Both the position numbers and the translations under genes were made by a program. The notes beneath the pieces are model-generated. The model made no database searches and had not been told where the DNA came from. It worked only from the letters and a program-made list of their open reading frames with translations. A stretch of DNA of 64,000 nt, from contig DAOSLF010000003.1 in assembly GCA_035368605.1 (NCBI GenBank), positions 889 to 64,888 on the forward strand. Direction: 5' to 3'. How positions within the stretch are numbered: position 1 is the first letter of the stretch; each line of letters opens with the position of its first letter. Source of the DNA: Candidatus Omnitrophota bacterium. Lineage in GTDB: Bacteria > Omnitrophota > Omnitrophia > Omnitrophales > Aquincolibacteriaceae. Positions 55,088-64,000 of the stretch are shown here, in pieces.

Positions 55088-55846
55088 CTAGTAGAAAACC
55101 TTTATCAGGGTGAGCCCGCAGGAGGGTATTGTTTGCCCGGAAAAACAGCGGGATTTCGCCTTTAGCATGGAAGGGATATCGGAGGGTTGACGTTTCCCCC
55201 TCCCTACTTCGAGAAGGGTCCCCATAATGTTGCGGACCATGTGATAGAGAAAGCCGTCGCCTTCAAAGCGGAAGACCAGAAGACCATTCTCCTTTTTGAT
55301 CCGGATGGGCCTGAGCGTCCTGGTAAAGCTGACTTTCCTGGAACTTCTGCCTTTAAGAACGGCCGCCTCTGAAGTGAAGGACCGGAAGTCGTGACGACCG
55401 GACAGATGTCTCGCGGCTTTACGCATCGCGGCAAGGTCCAAGCGGAACGGAACGTGGTAGGCTCGGCCGGCAAGGAGGGGCGCGCGAAAAGGGCTGTTCC
55501 AGACGCGATATTCATAAACTTTGGACCGGGCACTGTAGCGCGCGTGAAAATCCGCTGGAACTTCCACGGCTGACTTTACAACGATGGCGGACGGGAGATA
55601 GGCATTCACGCCCCTCTGGATATGCGAAAGCTCGCGTCCGCTGCCGGTCCTGAAATTGACGACCTGCCCTTCCGCGTGAACGCCGGTATCCGTGCGACCG
55701 CTCGCGGCGGAGATCTTCACCGGATGGTCGAAAAACGCGGAAAGGGCCTTTTCGAGGGCTTCCTGGACCGTCGGCTTGCCGGGCTGGCGCTGAAATCCGA
55801 AAAACGCGGCGCCGTCGTATTCCAATACCAGTTTGATGTTTCTCAT
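55088..55846 (-). CDS. truA: tRNA pseudouridine(38-40) synthase
   Basis: LVLEYDGAAFFGFQRQ, catalytic ASGRTDTGVHA. Confidence 0.92.
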   Translation of the reverse strand: MRNIKLVLEYDGAAFFGFQRQPGKPTVQEALEKALSAFFDHPVKISAASGRTDTGVHAEGQVVNFRTGSGRELSHIQRGVNAYLPSAIVVKSAVEVPADFHARYSARSKVYEYRVWNSPFRAPLLAGRAYHVPFRLDLAAMRKAARHLSGRHDFRSFTSEAAVLKGRSSRKVSFTRTLRPIRIKKENGLLVFRFEGDGFLYHMVRNIMGTLLEVGRGKRQPSDIPSMLKAKSRCFSGQTIPSCGLTLIKVFY

Positions 55847-55894
55847 ATTGTTGCGGGAAGCGCGGGGAAAATTTCGATCTGGCTATTCCACACT

Positions 55895-56911
55895 TTACGC
55901 TAACCGCCAGTCCTTAAAAAGAACTTCCGCAATCTGGACCGCGTTCGTCGCCGCGCCTTTACGGATCTGGTCGCCGGAGACGAACATCGCCAGCCCGTTC
56001 GTCACGCTTGAATCGACGCGCAGTCGGCCGACATGGATATCGTCCTGACCCGTCGTTTCAAGCGGCATCGGGAAATAATTCCTCTCGCGGTCGTCAACGA
56101 TCTTCACGCCCGGCGCTTTCGCGAGAAGGACGCGTGCGTCATCCGGCGTGATGGGTTTTTCGGTCTCGATATGCAGCGCTTCGGAATGCGCCCGGAGTAC
56201 CGGAACACGCACACAGGTCGCCGAGATCCGGATATCGGAATCGTGGAAGATCTTTTTGGTCTCCTTGATCATCTTGGTCTCTTCCTCGTTGTAGCCGTCG
56301 GGCCCGATCCCGGAGTTGTGCGAGAATACGTTGAATGCGATCTGGTGCGGCAGGACATTTTTCTGAACGGGACGTCCCGCCAGGAAATCCCGGGCCTGGA
56401 TCCGGAGCTCTTCCATCGCCTTCGCGCCGGCACCGCTCGCGGCCTGATAGGTCACTGCGACAAAGCGCTTGATCTTCACGGCCTTGTGGATCGGCCAAAG
56501 CGGAACAAGTGCGATGATCGTGGAGCAGTTCGGGTTCGCGATGATCCCTTTGTGCTTCGCAATGTCCTCGGGGTTGATCTCAGGGATCACAAGCGGAACC
56601 TCCGGATCCATCCGGAACGCGCTTGTGTTATCCACGACCACCGCGCCCGCCTTCACGGCGTACGGCGCGAGGGCTTTCGAGATCGATCCGCCCGCACTCG
56701 CGAACACGAGGTCGATTCCCTCGAAAGAATCCGGTGTCGCTTCTTCGATCTTGTACGTCTTCCCCATGAATTTCTGCTCTTTCCCCGCCGAACGACCGGA
56801 CGCGAGCAGTTTGAGCGACGCGAACGGGAACTTTCGTTCCTCAAGGATGGCCAAAAGTTCCTGACCGACAGCGCCGGTGACGCCGAGAATTGCAATATCG
56901 GGTTTTTTCAT
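55895..56911 (-). CDS. asd: Aspartate-semialdehyde dehydrogenase
   Basis: IAILGVTGAVGQE, active-site ANPNCSTI. Confidence 0.92.
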   Translation of the reverse strand: MKKPDIAILGVTGAVGQELLAILEERKFPFASLKLLASGRSAGKEQKFMGKTYKIEEATPDSFEGIDLVFASAGGSISKALAPYAVKAGAVVVDNTSAFRMDPEVPLVIPEINPEDIAKHKGIIANPNCSTIIALVPLWPIHKAVKIKRFVAVTYQAASGAGAKAMEELRIQARDFLAGRPVQKNVLPHQIAFNVFSHNSGIGPDGYNEEETKMIKETKKIFHDSDIRISATCVRVPVLRAHSEALHIETEKPITPDDARVLLAKAPGVKIVDDRERNYFPMPLETTGQDDIHVGRLRVDSSVTNGLAMFVSGDQIRKGAATNAVQIAEVLFKDWRLA

Positions 56912-56912
56912 A

Positions 56913-56966
56913 TTAACGCACAGCGTAGAGCGTTTGGCGCTCGGGATTCAGCATCCGCCACGGCAC
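56913..56966 (-). CDS. Candidate 17-aa upstream ORF coupled to asd
   Basis: AGGAGG (56980-56975), 8 nt, then GTG 56966: VPWRMLNPERQTLYAVR. Its stop TAA ends 1 nt before the asd ATG, and asd itself lacks an SD. Confidence 0.3.
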   Translation of the reverse strand: MPWRMLNPERQTLYAVR

Positions 56967-57118
56967 GCTCCCCGCCTCCTTTATCAGTTATTCAGCGATT
57001 CTGCTTTCACCGAAACCCAAATCGACGCTGATTCGGCATTGAGCTTCCATTTCACGAAGGAATCCGCGGGCGATCGACAAGAAATGGCTCTGTTCTTTTA
57101 TAAAACTTCGCCCGCCCC

Positions 57119-58189
57119 CTACGATATACGTTCCGTTACAAGATCACCCATTTTCACACAACCGACCCTGGTCGTGCCTTCCGCGTAAATATCCGCGGTG
57201 CGATAGCCGTCGGCAAGGACCTTCTCGACCGCCGCCTCGATCGCGCGCGCGGCCTTCGGCTGGTCAAAACTGTGTTCCATCATCATCGCGACCGAGAGGA
57301 TCGTCGCGAGAGGATTCGCGATGTCCTTGCCCGCGATGTCGGGCGCCGAACCGTGTACCGGTTCGTACATCGCCACCTTGTCGCCGACCGAAGCCGACGG
57401 CAGCATCCCGATCGAGCCCGTGAGCATCGCGGATTCGTCGCTCAGGATGTCCCCGAAGAGATTGCTTGTGACGATCACGTCGAACTGTTTCGGGTCGCGG
57501 ATCAGCTGCATCGCGCAATCATCCACATAACGATGTGAGAGTTCGACATCCGGGAAACCATTCGCAACCTCGATCACCACCTTGCGCCAGAGCTGACTCA
57601 CGTCGAGGACATTGGCCTTGTCAACCGAAGTCACTTTTTTCCGCCGCTTCCGGGCGAATTCGAAGGCCCTCCGCGCGATCCGCGCGATTTCAGGCGTCGT
57701 GTAGCTCATCGTATTGAAACCCCGCTCCGTGCCGTCGGGAAGTTTTTCGATCCCGCGAGGCGAACCGAAATAAACGCCGCTCACGAGCTCTCGCAGGATG
57801 ATGAAATCGAGGCCCTCGACGATCTCTTCCCTGATCGGCGAACGGGATGCGAGCTGCGGGAACATCTTCACGGGACGGACGTTCGCATAGGCGTTAAGCC
57901 CCTTGCGGAGCCCGAGCAATCCTTTTTCCGGACGCTTATCCGAGGGCAGGCTGTCCCATTTCGGGCCGCCGACCGCGCCGAGAAAAACCGCGTCGGCTTT
58001 CTGGGCCTTCGCAAGGGTCTCGGGCGTGAGAGGGACGCCAAATTGATCGATGGAAGCACCACCGGCCAGAAGTTCCTCGGTCTCGAATCTGAGACCGGTC
58101 TTGGGCTCGACCTTCCGCAGGACCTTCATGGCCTGCGCCGTTACTTCGACTCCGATACCGTCACCGGGAAATACTGCTATTTTGTACAT
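57119..58189 (-). CDS. leuB: 3-isopropylmalate dehydrogenase
   Basis: [29 protein letters not shown] 58189 with GGTGA SD is preferred over GTG 58201. Confidence 0.92.
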   Translation of the reverse strand: MYKIAVFPGDGIGVEVTAQAMKVLRKVEPKTGLRFETEELLAGGASIDQFGVPLTPETLAKAQKADAVFLGAVGGPKWDSLPSDKRPEKGLLGLRKGLNAYANVRPVKMFPQLASRSPIREEIVEGLDFIILRELVSGVYFGSPRGIEKLPDGTERGFNTMSYTTPEIARIARRAFEFARKRRKKVTSVDKANVLDVSQLWRKVVIEVANGFPDVELSHRYVDDCAMQLIRDPKQFDVIVTSNLFGDILSDESAMLTGSIGMLPSASVGDKVAMYEPVHGSAPDIAGKDIANPLATILSVAMMMEHSFDQPKAARAIEAAVEKVLADGYRTADIYAEGTTRVGCVKMGDLVTERIS

Positions 58190-58228
58190 GGGATGGGTCA
58201 CCTTTCGAGCGTGGACTCTTTAAAACGC

Positions 58229-59698
58229 TCAGACCTTGCTGATCTTGAAATGCCTGCGTTTGACACTTTCGTAGATTTTGGAATATTTCTTCGCGGTCGA
58301 GGACCAGGAGAAGTCACTTTCCATGGCATTCTTCACGAGTGTTCTCCACGGCTTATCCTGCCGGAAAACCGTGACCGCCCCGGCGACCGCGTCCGAGAGA
58401 GCCTCGACCGTGTAATCCTCGAAAACAAACCCGTTTCCCTTACCGGACTCCGCGTCAAACGGCTCCAGAGCGTCGGCAAGGCCACCGGTCGCGCGGGCGA
58501 CCGGCACCGCCCCGTAGCGGAGGCCGATGATGTGCCCGAGCCCCGCGGGCTCGTGATAGGCCGGAAAAAGAAGCATGTCGGCCCCGGCATAGATCCGTTT
58601 CGCCATCCTGGGGTCGAAAAGGATATGCACGCTCAGCCATTTCTTGTTGCGCCTGGCCAGATCACGCAGAATCTGATGATACCGTTCCTCGCCGGTCCCG
58701 AGCAGGACACACTGGACACCCAGACCGGCCATTTTTTCGAAAGCCGGGATCAGGATATCGAGCCCCTTCTGCGCCGTGAGGTGGGACACGAAACCGATCA
58801 GGGGCACAGCCTCATCCGCGGCGAAACCATTTTCCTTCTGGAGCACCGTTTTGTTGACCTTTTTCCCGGAAGCGGCAGCGGCGCTGAAATTCGCCTCGAT
58901 CTCTTTATCGGTCGCCGGATCCCATTCCGCGGGATCGATCCCGTTCAGGACTCCCGTCACGGTCTCCTTTCGCGCGGCGATCACCCCTTCCATCCCGCAG
59001 CCGAATTCTTTCTTCTGGATCTCGCGACTGTAATGTTCGGACGCAGCCACCACGCGATCGGCGAACACGAGCCCGCCTTTGAGGAAACTGAACTTGCTGT
59101 AGAACTCAAGAAGGTCCGACTTGTAAAACTCCCATCCGAACCCGGTGGACGGAAAAGAGTCGGGCGGGAAATTTCCCTGGTAAGCGAGGTTGTGGACCGT
59201 GAAGACACTTCGCGCTTTCGCGAACGGGGCGTAGCCGGTCTCGATCGACTTGATATAGACCGGAATCAGACCCGTCTGCCAATCATGACAGTGGATGATC
59301 TCGGGGCTCAGCTTGAGCTGCTCGATGGCCTTGAGGGTCGCTCGCTGAAAATACGTGAACCGCCGGTCATTATCCTGGTAATCCCCGATCGCGTTGCCGT
59401 AGAGCTCGTCCCGCTGGAAATAATCAGGATGCTCGATAAAGTAGACCTTGATCCCGTTATCGAGCTTCTTGTAGAAGACCCGGGTCGCTTCGAGGGTATT
59501 GCCGATTATCACCTCGAAATAATTGATCGCGATCTCGAGACCCAGCCTGCGAATATCGACGCATTTGTAGCGGGGCATGAATACCGTAACATCGTGACCT
59601 TCCGCGCGGACGGCGGCTGTCAGAGAAGCGAGGGTATCCCCCAATCCCCCCGTTCGTGCGAACGGGGAGATCTCGGACGTAACGAAGAGAATCTTCAC
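58229..59698 (-). CDS. glgA: Glycogen synthase (ADP-glucose type, GT5)
   Basis: GTG start. KILFVTSEISPFARTGGLGD and full-length GlgA similarity. Confidence 0.9.
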   Translation of the reverse strand: MKILFVTSEISPFARTGGLGDTLASLTAAVRAEGHDVTVFMPRYKCVDIRRLGLEIAINYFEVIIGNTLEATRVFYKKLDNGIKVYFIEHPDYFQRDELYGNAIGDYQDNDRRFTYFQRATLKAIEQLKLSPEIIHCHDWQTGLIPVYIKSIETGYAPFAKARSVFTVHNLAYQGNFPPDSFPSTGFGWEFYKSDLLEFYSKFSFLKGGLVFADRVVAASEHYSREIQKKEFGCGMEGVIAARKETVTGVLNGIDPAEWDPATDKEIEANFSAAAASGKKVNKTVLQKENGFAADEAVPLIGFVSHLTAQKGLDILIPAFEKMAGLGVQCVLLGTGEERYHQILRDLARRNKKWLSVHILFDPRMAKRIYAGADMLLFPAYHEPAGLGHIIGLRYGAVPVARATGGLADALEPFDAESGKGNGFVFEDYTVEALSDAVAGAVTVFRQDKPWRTLVKNAMESDFSWSSTAKKYSKIYESVKRRHFKISKV

Positions 59699-59736
59699 AA
59701 GACTTTTGAGGACGGGTACCGGAACTTCGTGATGGC

Positions 59737-60069
59737 TTAACGGACCTGAAGAACGCAGTTCCAGCTGCCGAAGGCGTTCGGAACGCGCTCGCCGGCCTCC
59801 TGGGCATCCTGCCAGTCACCGTCGACCAGATAGCGGTACTCATAGCGGCCCAGACCAAGCACGACGGAGGCTTTCCAGTTGCCGTTCGCGTCCTTTTTCA
59901 GGGGCGTTTTCCCGGGATTCCAGCCGTTAAAACTCCCGCCAACGGAAACTTTCTTCGCTTGCGGAGCATAGAACTTGAATTCGACGGTCTTGTCGCAGGA
60001 TTTGGAACAGGTCTGGGAAACGGATTTAGCGGGTTTTTTGACGGAAATTTTGGTTGATGGTCTCGACAT
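59737..60069 (-). CDS. Stand-alone glycogen-binding CBM48/AMPK-beta-like domain protein (110 aa)
   Basis: VEFKFYAPQAKKVSVGGSFNGWNPGKTPLKKDANGNWKASVVLGLGRYEYRYLVDGDW matches the AMPK1_CBM/CBM48 pattern. SD GAAGGAG. Confidence 0.8.
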   Translation of the reverse strand: MSRPSTKISVKKPAKSVSQTCSKSCDKTVEFKFYAPQAKKVSVGGSFNGWNPGKTPLKKDANGNWKASVVLGLGRYEYRYLVDGDWQDAQEAGERVPNAFGSWNCVLQVR

Positions 60070-60141
60070 GATAGAAACTCCTTCTGATTGTCTGGCTGGT
60101 TAGTTCACATTCCGTAGATCAAATGACGCGGAAGTGGGGGC

Positions 60142-60170
60142 AGTATATATCAGAAAAAACAACTTGCCAA
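60142..60170 (-). promoter_or_regulatory. Putative promoter of the CBM48-glgA unit
   Basis: Minus strand: TTGGCA (60170-60165), 17 nt, TATACT (60147-60142). Confidence 0.5.
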
Positions 60171-60191
60171 GAAGCATCTGGCCCATATAAT
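60164..60191 (+). promoter_or_regulatory. Putative rpmB promoter (near-leaderless)
   Basis: TTGCCA (60164-60169), 16 nt, TATAAT (60186-60191), 9 nt, then ATG 60201. No SD. Confidence 0.55.
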
Positions 60192-60200
60192 ACCGCCTCT

Positions 60201-60464
60201 ATGAAAATCTGCGTCATCTGCAATAAGAAGCCGATTGTCGGCAATACTATCGCTCGCCGTGGTCTTCCTAAAAAGACCGGCGGTATCGGTGTCAAGACTA
60301 CCGGCATTTCCCGCCGTCGCTTCATGCCGAACCTCCAGAGGGTCAAGATCAGGTTCCCGAACGGAACGGTGCGGCGCGTCAACGTTTGCGCCAGCTGTCT
60401 CCAGTCGGGCAAGGTCACCAAGGCGCCCGTTCGGCGGAAAACCGAAGTCCAGGCGGGCGCTTAA
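60201..60464 (+). CDS. rpmB: 50S ribosomal protein L28
   Basis: MKICVICNKKPIVGNTIARRG...RRRFMPNLQRVKI is the L28 pattern (C..GK....GN..S....T.RRF.PNL). Confidence 0.85.
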   Translation: MKICVICNKKPIVGNTIARRGLPKKTGGIGVKTTGISRRRFMPNLQRVKIRFPNGTVRRVNVCASCLQSGKVTKAPVRRKTEVQAGA

Positions 60465-62110
60465 TCCGGGTCCGCCGGCTCCTTCATTTCCTTCGCGTCC
60501 AGGCTGAGTGTTTCTATGCCGTTCCAGACCCTGGTCTTCACGGTATAGGCAAAATCGTATTTCGACCCCGGACGTGCCGTGGCGAGTCGGAACATTTGCT
60601 TTTCATTGATGAGGGCGGGATAGTTCGCTGATCCGTCGCCGACCACGATCTCGTAAGTTTCCCCGTAGATTTTCCTGGGTCTGGTTTTGACCGAAAGTCC
60701 CCGCGTCAGGAATACCGGCCGCGGGTTCCCCACCCCGAAAGGTTCCAGCAATTCCAGTTCACGGAGAAACACCGTCGTGAGGTCTCCGAATCCGATCTCG
60801 AGATCAACCGGGACTTTCCTGACCATGATCGCGGGGTCCAGGTTCTCAAGGGCATAGGCGTTGATCTCCTCGCGGAACGCCTTGAGATTCCCCGCCCGGA
60901 TCGAAAGCCCCGCCGCCTGTTCGTGTCCGCCGAATTCCTCCAGAAGTCCGGCGCAGGATTGAAGGGCGTTGAATAAATGAAATCCTTTGATCGAGCGCCC
61001 TGAACCCTTGCCTTTGTCACCCTCGACAGCAATGACGATCGCGGGCCGGCAGTATTTCTCGACAAGCCGCGACGCCACGATCCCGATGACGCCCTGATGC
61101 CATCCTTCTCCGGCCGCAACGATGATACGGTCCCGGTTGAAATTAACCGTCCGTTCGACCTTCGCGATCGCTTCTTTCGTGATCTCCCGTTCCTGCTGCT
61201 GCCGGGCCCGGTTCTCCTCGTTCAGGATATTCGCGAGGCTCATCGCCTCCCGTTGCGAATCCGTCAGGAGAAGCCTGAGCGCGGTATCCGGGGAACTCAT
61301 CCTGCCGGCCGCGTTGATCCGGGGGCCCAGGATGAATCCCACATGACCGGTATCGATCTTTTGGCTCCTGATCTTCGCGACCTCGGCCAGGCATTTAACC
61401 CCCATCCGCCGGCGCGCAGAAAGTTCCGCGAGCCCGCATCGAACAAGCGCGCGATTCTCGGAAACGAGCGGCGCGATATCGCTGATCGTCGAGATCGCAA
61501 CAAGGTCCAGGAGCGCGATCGACTCTTCCCCGATCATCGCCTGCGCGAGCTTGAAGGCAAGACCCGCCGCCGAAAGCTCCTTGAAGGGATAAACACAATC
61601 TTCCTGGAGCGGGTTCAGGATCAGGTGCGTGTCGGGAAGTCCCTCCGGCGGCAGCCGGTGGTGGTCGATCACGATCACCTCCATCCCGAGGCTCCGCGCG
61701 AGGCGGATTTCCTCCCGGGCCGTGATCCCGCAATCAATCGTGATAACGAGTTTCGCGCCTTCCCTGTGCGCCTTGAGGATCGCTTCTTCGCTCACGCCGT
61801 AACCGTGCCGCTCCCTTTCGGGAAGGAACGTCAGGAAATCACCGCCGAGCTTTTCAAGGACCTTGACCATGACCGCGACGCCGGTAATGCCATCTGCGTC
61901 ATAATCCCCGTGCAGGAGCATCCGTTCCTTTTTCCGGATCGCCTCTTCGAGGCGCGATTTCACCTCTCGCATATTTTTCATCAGAAACGGATCGTGCAGA
62001 GCGGAAAGATCGGCGGAAAGGAAACTTTCGATGGCGGCAGAATCCGTCAGCCCACGCCCGGCAAGAAGCCTGAGAAAAGCAGGAGAATAGTTTTTTATCC
62101 GTTCCGCCAT
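60461..62110 (-). CDS. recJ: Single-stranded-DNA-specific exonuclease RecJ
   Basis: DHH family: HGDYDADGITG, VIVIDHHR, GGHEQAAG. Confidence 0.9.
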   Translation of the reverse strand: MAERIKNYSPAFLRLLAGRGLTDSAAIESFLSADLSALHDPFLMKNMREVKSRLEEAIRKKERMLLHGDYDADGITGVAVMVKVLEKLGGDFLTFLPERERHGYGVSEEAILKAHREGAKLVITIDCGITAREEIRLARSLGMEVIVIDHHRLPPEGLPDTHLILNPLQEDCVYPFKELSAAGLAFKLAQAMIGEESIALLDLVAISTISDIAPLVSENRALVRCGLAELSARRRMGVKCLAEVAKIRSQKIDTGHVGFILGPRINAAGRMSSPDTALRLLLTDSQREAMSLANILNEENRARQQQEREITKEAIAKVERTVNFNRDRIIVAAGEGWHQGVIGIVASRLVEKYCRPAIVIAVEGDKGKGSGRSIKGFHLFNALQSCAGLLEEFGGHEQAAGLSIRAGNLKAFREEINAYALENLDPAIMVRKVPVDLEIGFGDLTTVFLRELELLEPFGVGNPRPVFLTRGLSVKTRPRKIYGETYEIVVGDGSANYPALINEKQMFRLATARPGSKYDFAYTVKTRVWNGIETLSLDAKEMKEPADPD

Positions 62111-62123
62111 AACTTCACCCTGA

Positions 62124-62171
62124 CAAAAAAAGAGGACAGGCCGACATCCAGGGGAAACCGGCCTGCCCTCT
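62124..62171 (-). terminator. Rho-independent terminator after secDF
   Basis: Minus strand: AGAGGGCAGGCCG-15 nt-CGGCCTGTCCTCT (13 bp, one G-U) followed by T7. It ends 13 nt before the recJ ATG. Confidence 0.8.
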
Positions 62172-62207
62172 TCGAATGCTCCAAACTTACCACTTACAGC
62201 TTATCGC

Positions 62208-64000
62208 TTATTTATGCGCCTTCCAGTCCACCACAAGCGCCGTCGCGATAAAGATCGTCGAATAGATACCGACGCCGAACCCGACCAGCATCGCGAACGC
62301 AAAGTCGTTGATGCTCGATCCGCCAAAGAGGAACAGCGCCAGGGTCGCGAGGATCGTCGTGAAGCTCGTGAGGAACGTCCGGCTCAGCGTCTGGTTGATG
62401 CTGAGGTTCACGATTTCCGCGAACGGGGTCTTGCGCATCAGTTTTATGTTGTCGCGGACGCGGTCGAACGTCACAATCGTGTCATTGACCGAAAAACCCA
62501 TGATCGTCAGAACCGCCGCAATCGTGGGCAGGTTGATCTCGCGCCCGGAGAGCGCATACACACCGAACGTGAATATCGTATCGTGCATGATAGCGATCAC
62601 GGCCGCCAGCGAGAACTTCCATTCAAAGCGGAGCGCCAGATAAACGAGAATCCCGATCGCGGACCACAAAACCGCCCAAAGGGCTTTTTTTGTAAGGTCC
62701 TTGCTGACCGAAGGTCCCACATGATCAACACGAAGGATCTCGTAGCCTTTGTCACCGGCAAAGTTTTTGATCGCGGTTTCCACCTTCTGGGCCTCATTCC
62801 CGGCGATCCTGATGATGTACTGGTTGTCCTTAGTCTCGCCATACCGCTGGAGCGTGATGCTTTTCAGGTCTTCCTCCTCAAGCGCATCCCGGACCGCGCC
62901 GGCATCGACCGCATTCCTGAAACCGACCTGGACCAGTGTCCCGCCGGTGAATTCCACGCCATAATTTTGACCGCCCCGCATCGCGAATGCCGCGATCCCG
63001 ATCCCGAGCGTGATAATCGAGAACCCGTACGCCCAGACACGCCCCTTCAGGAACTGGATATTCGTTTTTTTGAAGAACTGATGCATGCGAAGGTTGAGGT
63101 TCGGGTTTCTCTTTGAAAGGAAATCAAAGATGACCCGCGTCACGACAATGGCGGAGAACATGCTGGCAATGATACCGATGGACAGCGTCACCGCGAACCC
63201 CTGCACCGGGCCCGTCCCGAATATGAACAGAAGAACCGACGTGATAAGCGTCGTCACGTTCGAATCAAGGATGGCCGAAAACGCCTTGTGATACCCCGCC
63301 GAAATGGCGGCCTTGGAACCCTTCCCCATCGCGACCTCTTCGCGCATCCGCTCCGAGATGAGGACGTTCGCGTCGACGGCCATCCCGACCGAGAGGATAA
63401 AGCCGGCGATACCGGGAAGCGTCAGCGTTGCGCCAAGCGCCCCGAGCGAACCGACCATGAAGATGATATAGAAAGTAAGGCCAATCACCGCCACAACCCC
63501 CGAGAGGAGGTAATAGATCGGCATAAAAAGGAAAATAAAAAGAACGCCCAAAAGACCCGCCCTGACGCCCTTTTCGATCGAATCTTTTCCAAGCCCCGGA
63601 CCGACCGTCCGCTCTTCGACGATACTCACGGGCGCGGGCAGGGCGCCGGCGCGGAGTACGAGCGCGAGATCGCTTGCTTCGGCGGCCTTGAAGTTCCCGG
63701 ATATCTGGGCCTTGCCGTTCGGAATCCTGTCGCGGATCACCGGCGCGGAATGCACCGTGCCATCCAGCACGATCGCGAGACGCTTGCCGATATTCTGGAA
63801 CGTGGCCCTGTCGAAAATCTTCGCGCCCTCGTCGTCAAAACTCAGCTGAACGATGGCCTGCCCGTAATTGTCAAAACCCACGGACGCGGTCGTCAGATGC
63901 CCGCCGGTGAGGATCGCCTCTTTGGAGAGAAGGACCATATCCTCCGCCATGTCGGATTTGACCTTTTTATATTCATACCCTTCCGGCACCTGTCCTTCCG
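62208..64000 (-). CDS. secDF: Fused protein-export membrane protein SecDF (N-terminus beyond the right edge)
   Basis: SecD periplasmic and TM part (LAIVLDGTVHSAPVI...) runs directly into a SecF part (NIQFLKGRVWAYGFS...GVEFTGGTLVQV...). The ORF is open to nt 64000. Confidence 0.9.
   Translation of the reverse strand, partial: EGQVPEGYEYKKVKSDMAEDMVLLSKEAILTGGHLTTASVGFDNYGQAIVQLSFDDEGAKIFDRATFQNIGKRLAIVLDGTVHSAPVIRDRIPNGKAQISGNFKAAEASDLALVLRAGALPAPVSIVEERTVGPGLGKDSIEKGVRAGLLGVLFIFLFMPIYYLLSGVVAVIGLTFYIIFMVGSLGALGATLTLPGIAGFILSVGMAVDANVLISERMREEVAMGKGSKAAISAGYHKAFSAILDSNVTTLITSVLLFIFGTGPVQGFAVTLSIGIIASMFSAIVVTRVIFDFLSKRNPNLNLRMHQFFKKTNIQFLKGRVWAYGFSIITLGIGIAAFAMRGGQNYGVEFTGGTLVQVGFRNAVDAGAVRDALEEEDLKSITLQRYGETKDNQYIIRIAGNEAQKVETAIKNFAGDKGYEILRVDHVGPSVSKDLTKKALWAVLWSAIGILVYLALRFEWKFSLAAVIAIMHDTIFTFGVYALSGREINLPTIAAVLTIMGFSVNDTIVTFDRVRDNIKLMRKTPFAEIVNLSINQTLSRTFLTSFTTILATLALFLFGGSSINDFAFAMLVGFGVGIYSTIFIATALVVDWKAHK

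Noticed and set aside
58043-59740. 565-aa plus-strand ORF
   Set aside because: Antisense shadow of glgA and the leuB 5' end, with no protein-like features. The same reasoning applies to 26432..27997, 43612..45054, 32612..33967, 13089..14306, 15889..16971, 61097..62251 and 47655..48707.

Overview
This is a 64-kb, moderately GC-rich chromosomal segment from a diderm (Gram-negative-type) bacterium. Family-level assignment is not possible from sequence alone. The giant surface genes and leaderless-looking promoters would fit an uncultivated lineage, but that is speculation. I count about 50 genes, almost all on the minus strand; the only plus-strand genes are a FadL-like gene, two small TIGR04073-like genes, rnc and rpmB.

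The housekeeping backbone is: gpsA, a YbgC-like thioesterase, hrcA-grpE-dnaJ (no dnaK, no CIRCE seen), an FtsH paralog, uvrA, dapF-dapA-dapB, an ornithine-decarboxylase-like gene plus homospermidine synthase, and one long argC-J-B-D-F-G-H-lysA unit bounded by a consensus promoter and a strong terminator. It continues with rnc, asmA, rplM-rpsI, truA, asd, leuB, CBM48-glgA, rpmB, recJ and a fused secDF that is truncated at the right edge.

Three large envelope or surface loci are the most unusual content:
1. A giant secreted protein of more than 2,750 aa (beta-helix, GH144-like region, YD repeats) fills nt 1-8260 on the minus strand. It is missing from the ORF track because it has no stop codon inside the window.
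2. A module at 21200-27994 encodes a 524-aa barrel-like protein, a 1,587-aa multidomain outer-membrane protein and a small lipoprotein.
3. A 1,380-aa surface protein carries a nucleotide-perfect 888-bp in-frame tandem duplication.

Small-scale structure includes:
- a 45-nt perfect palindromic element present twice, with a compensatory base-pair change;
- a 24-nt hairpin repeat present once between genes and once in-frame inside a gene;
- heptamer tandem repeats in operon spacers;
- several promoters placed so close to SD-less start codons that leaderless mRNAs are implied.

I saw no rRNA, tRNA, CRISPR array, transposase, integrase or phage genes.
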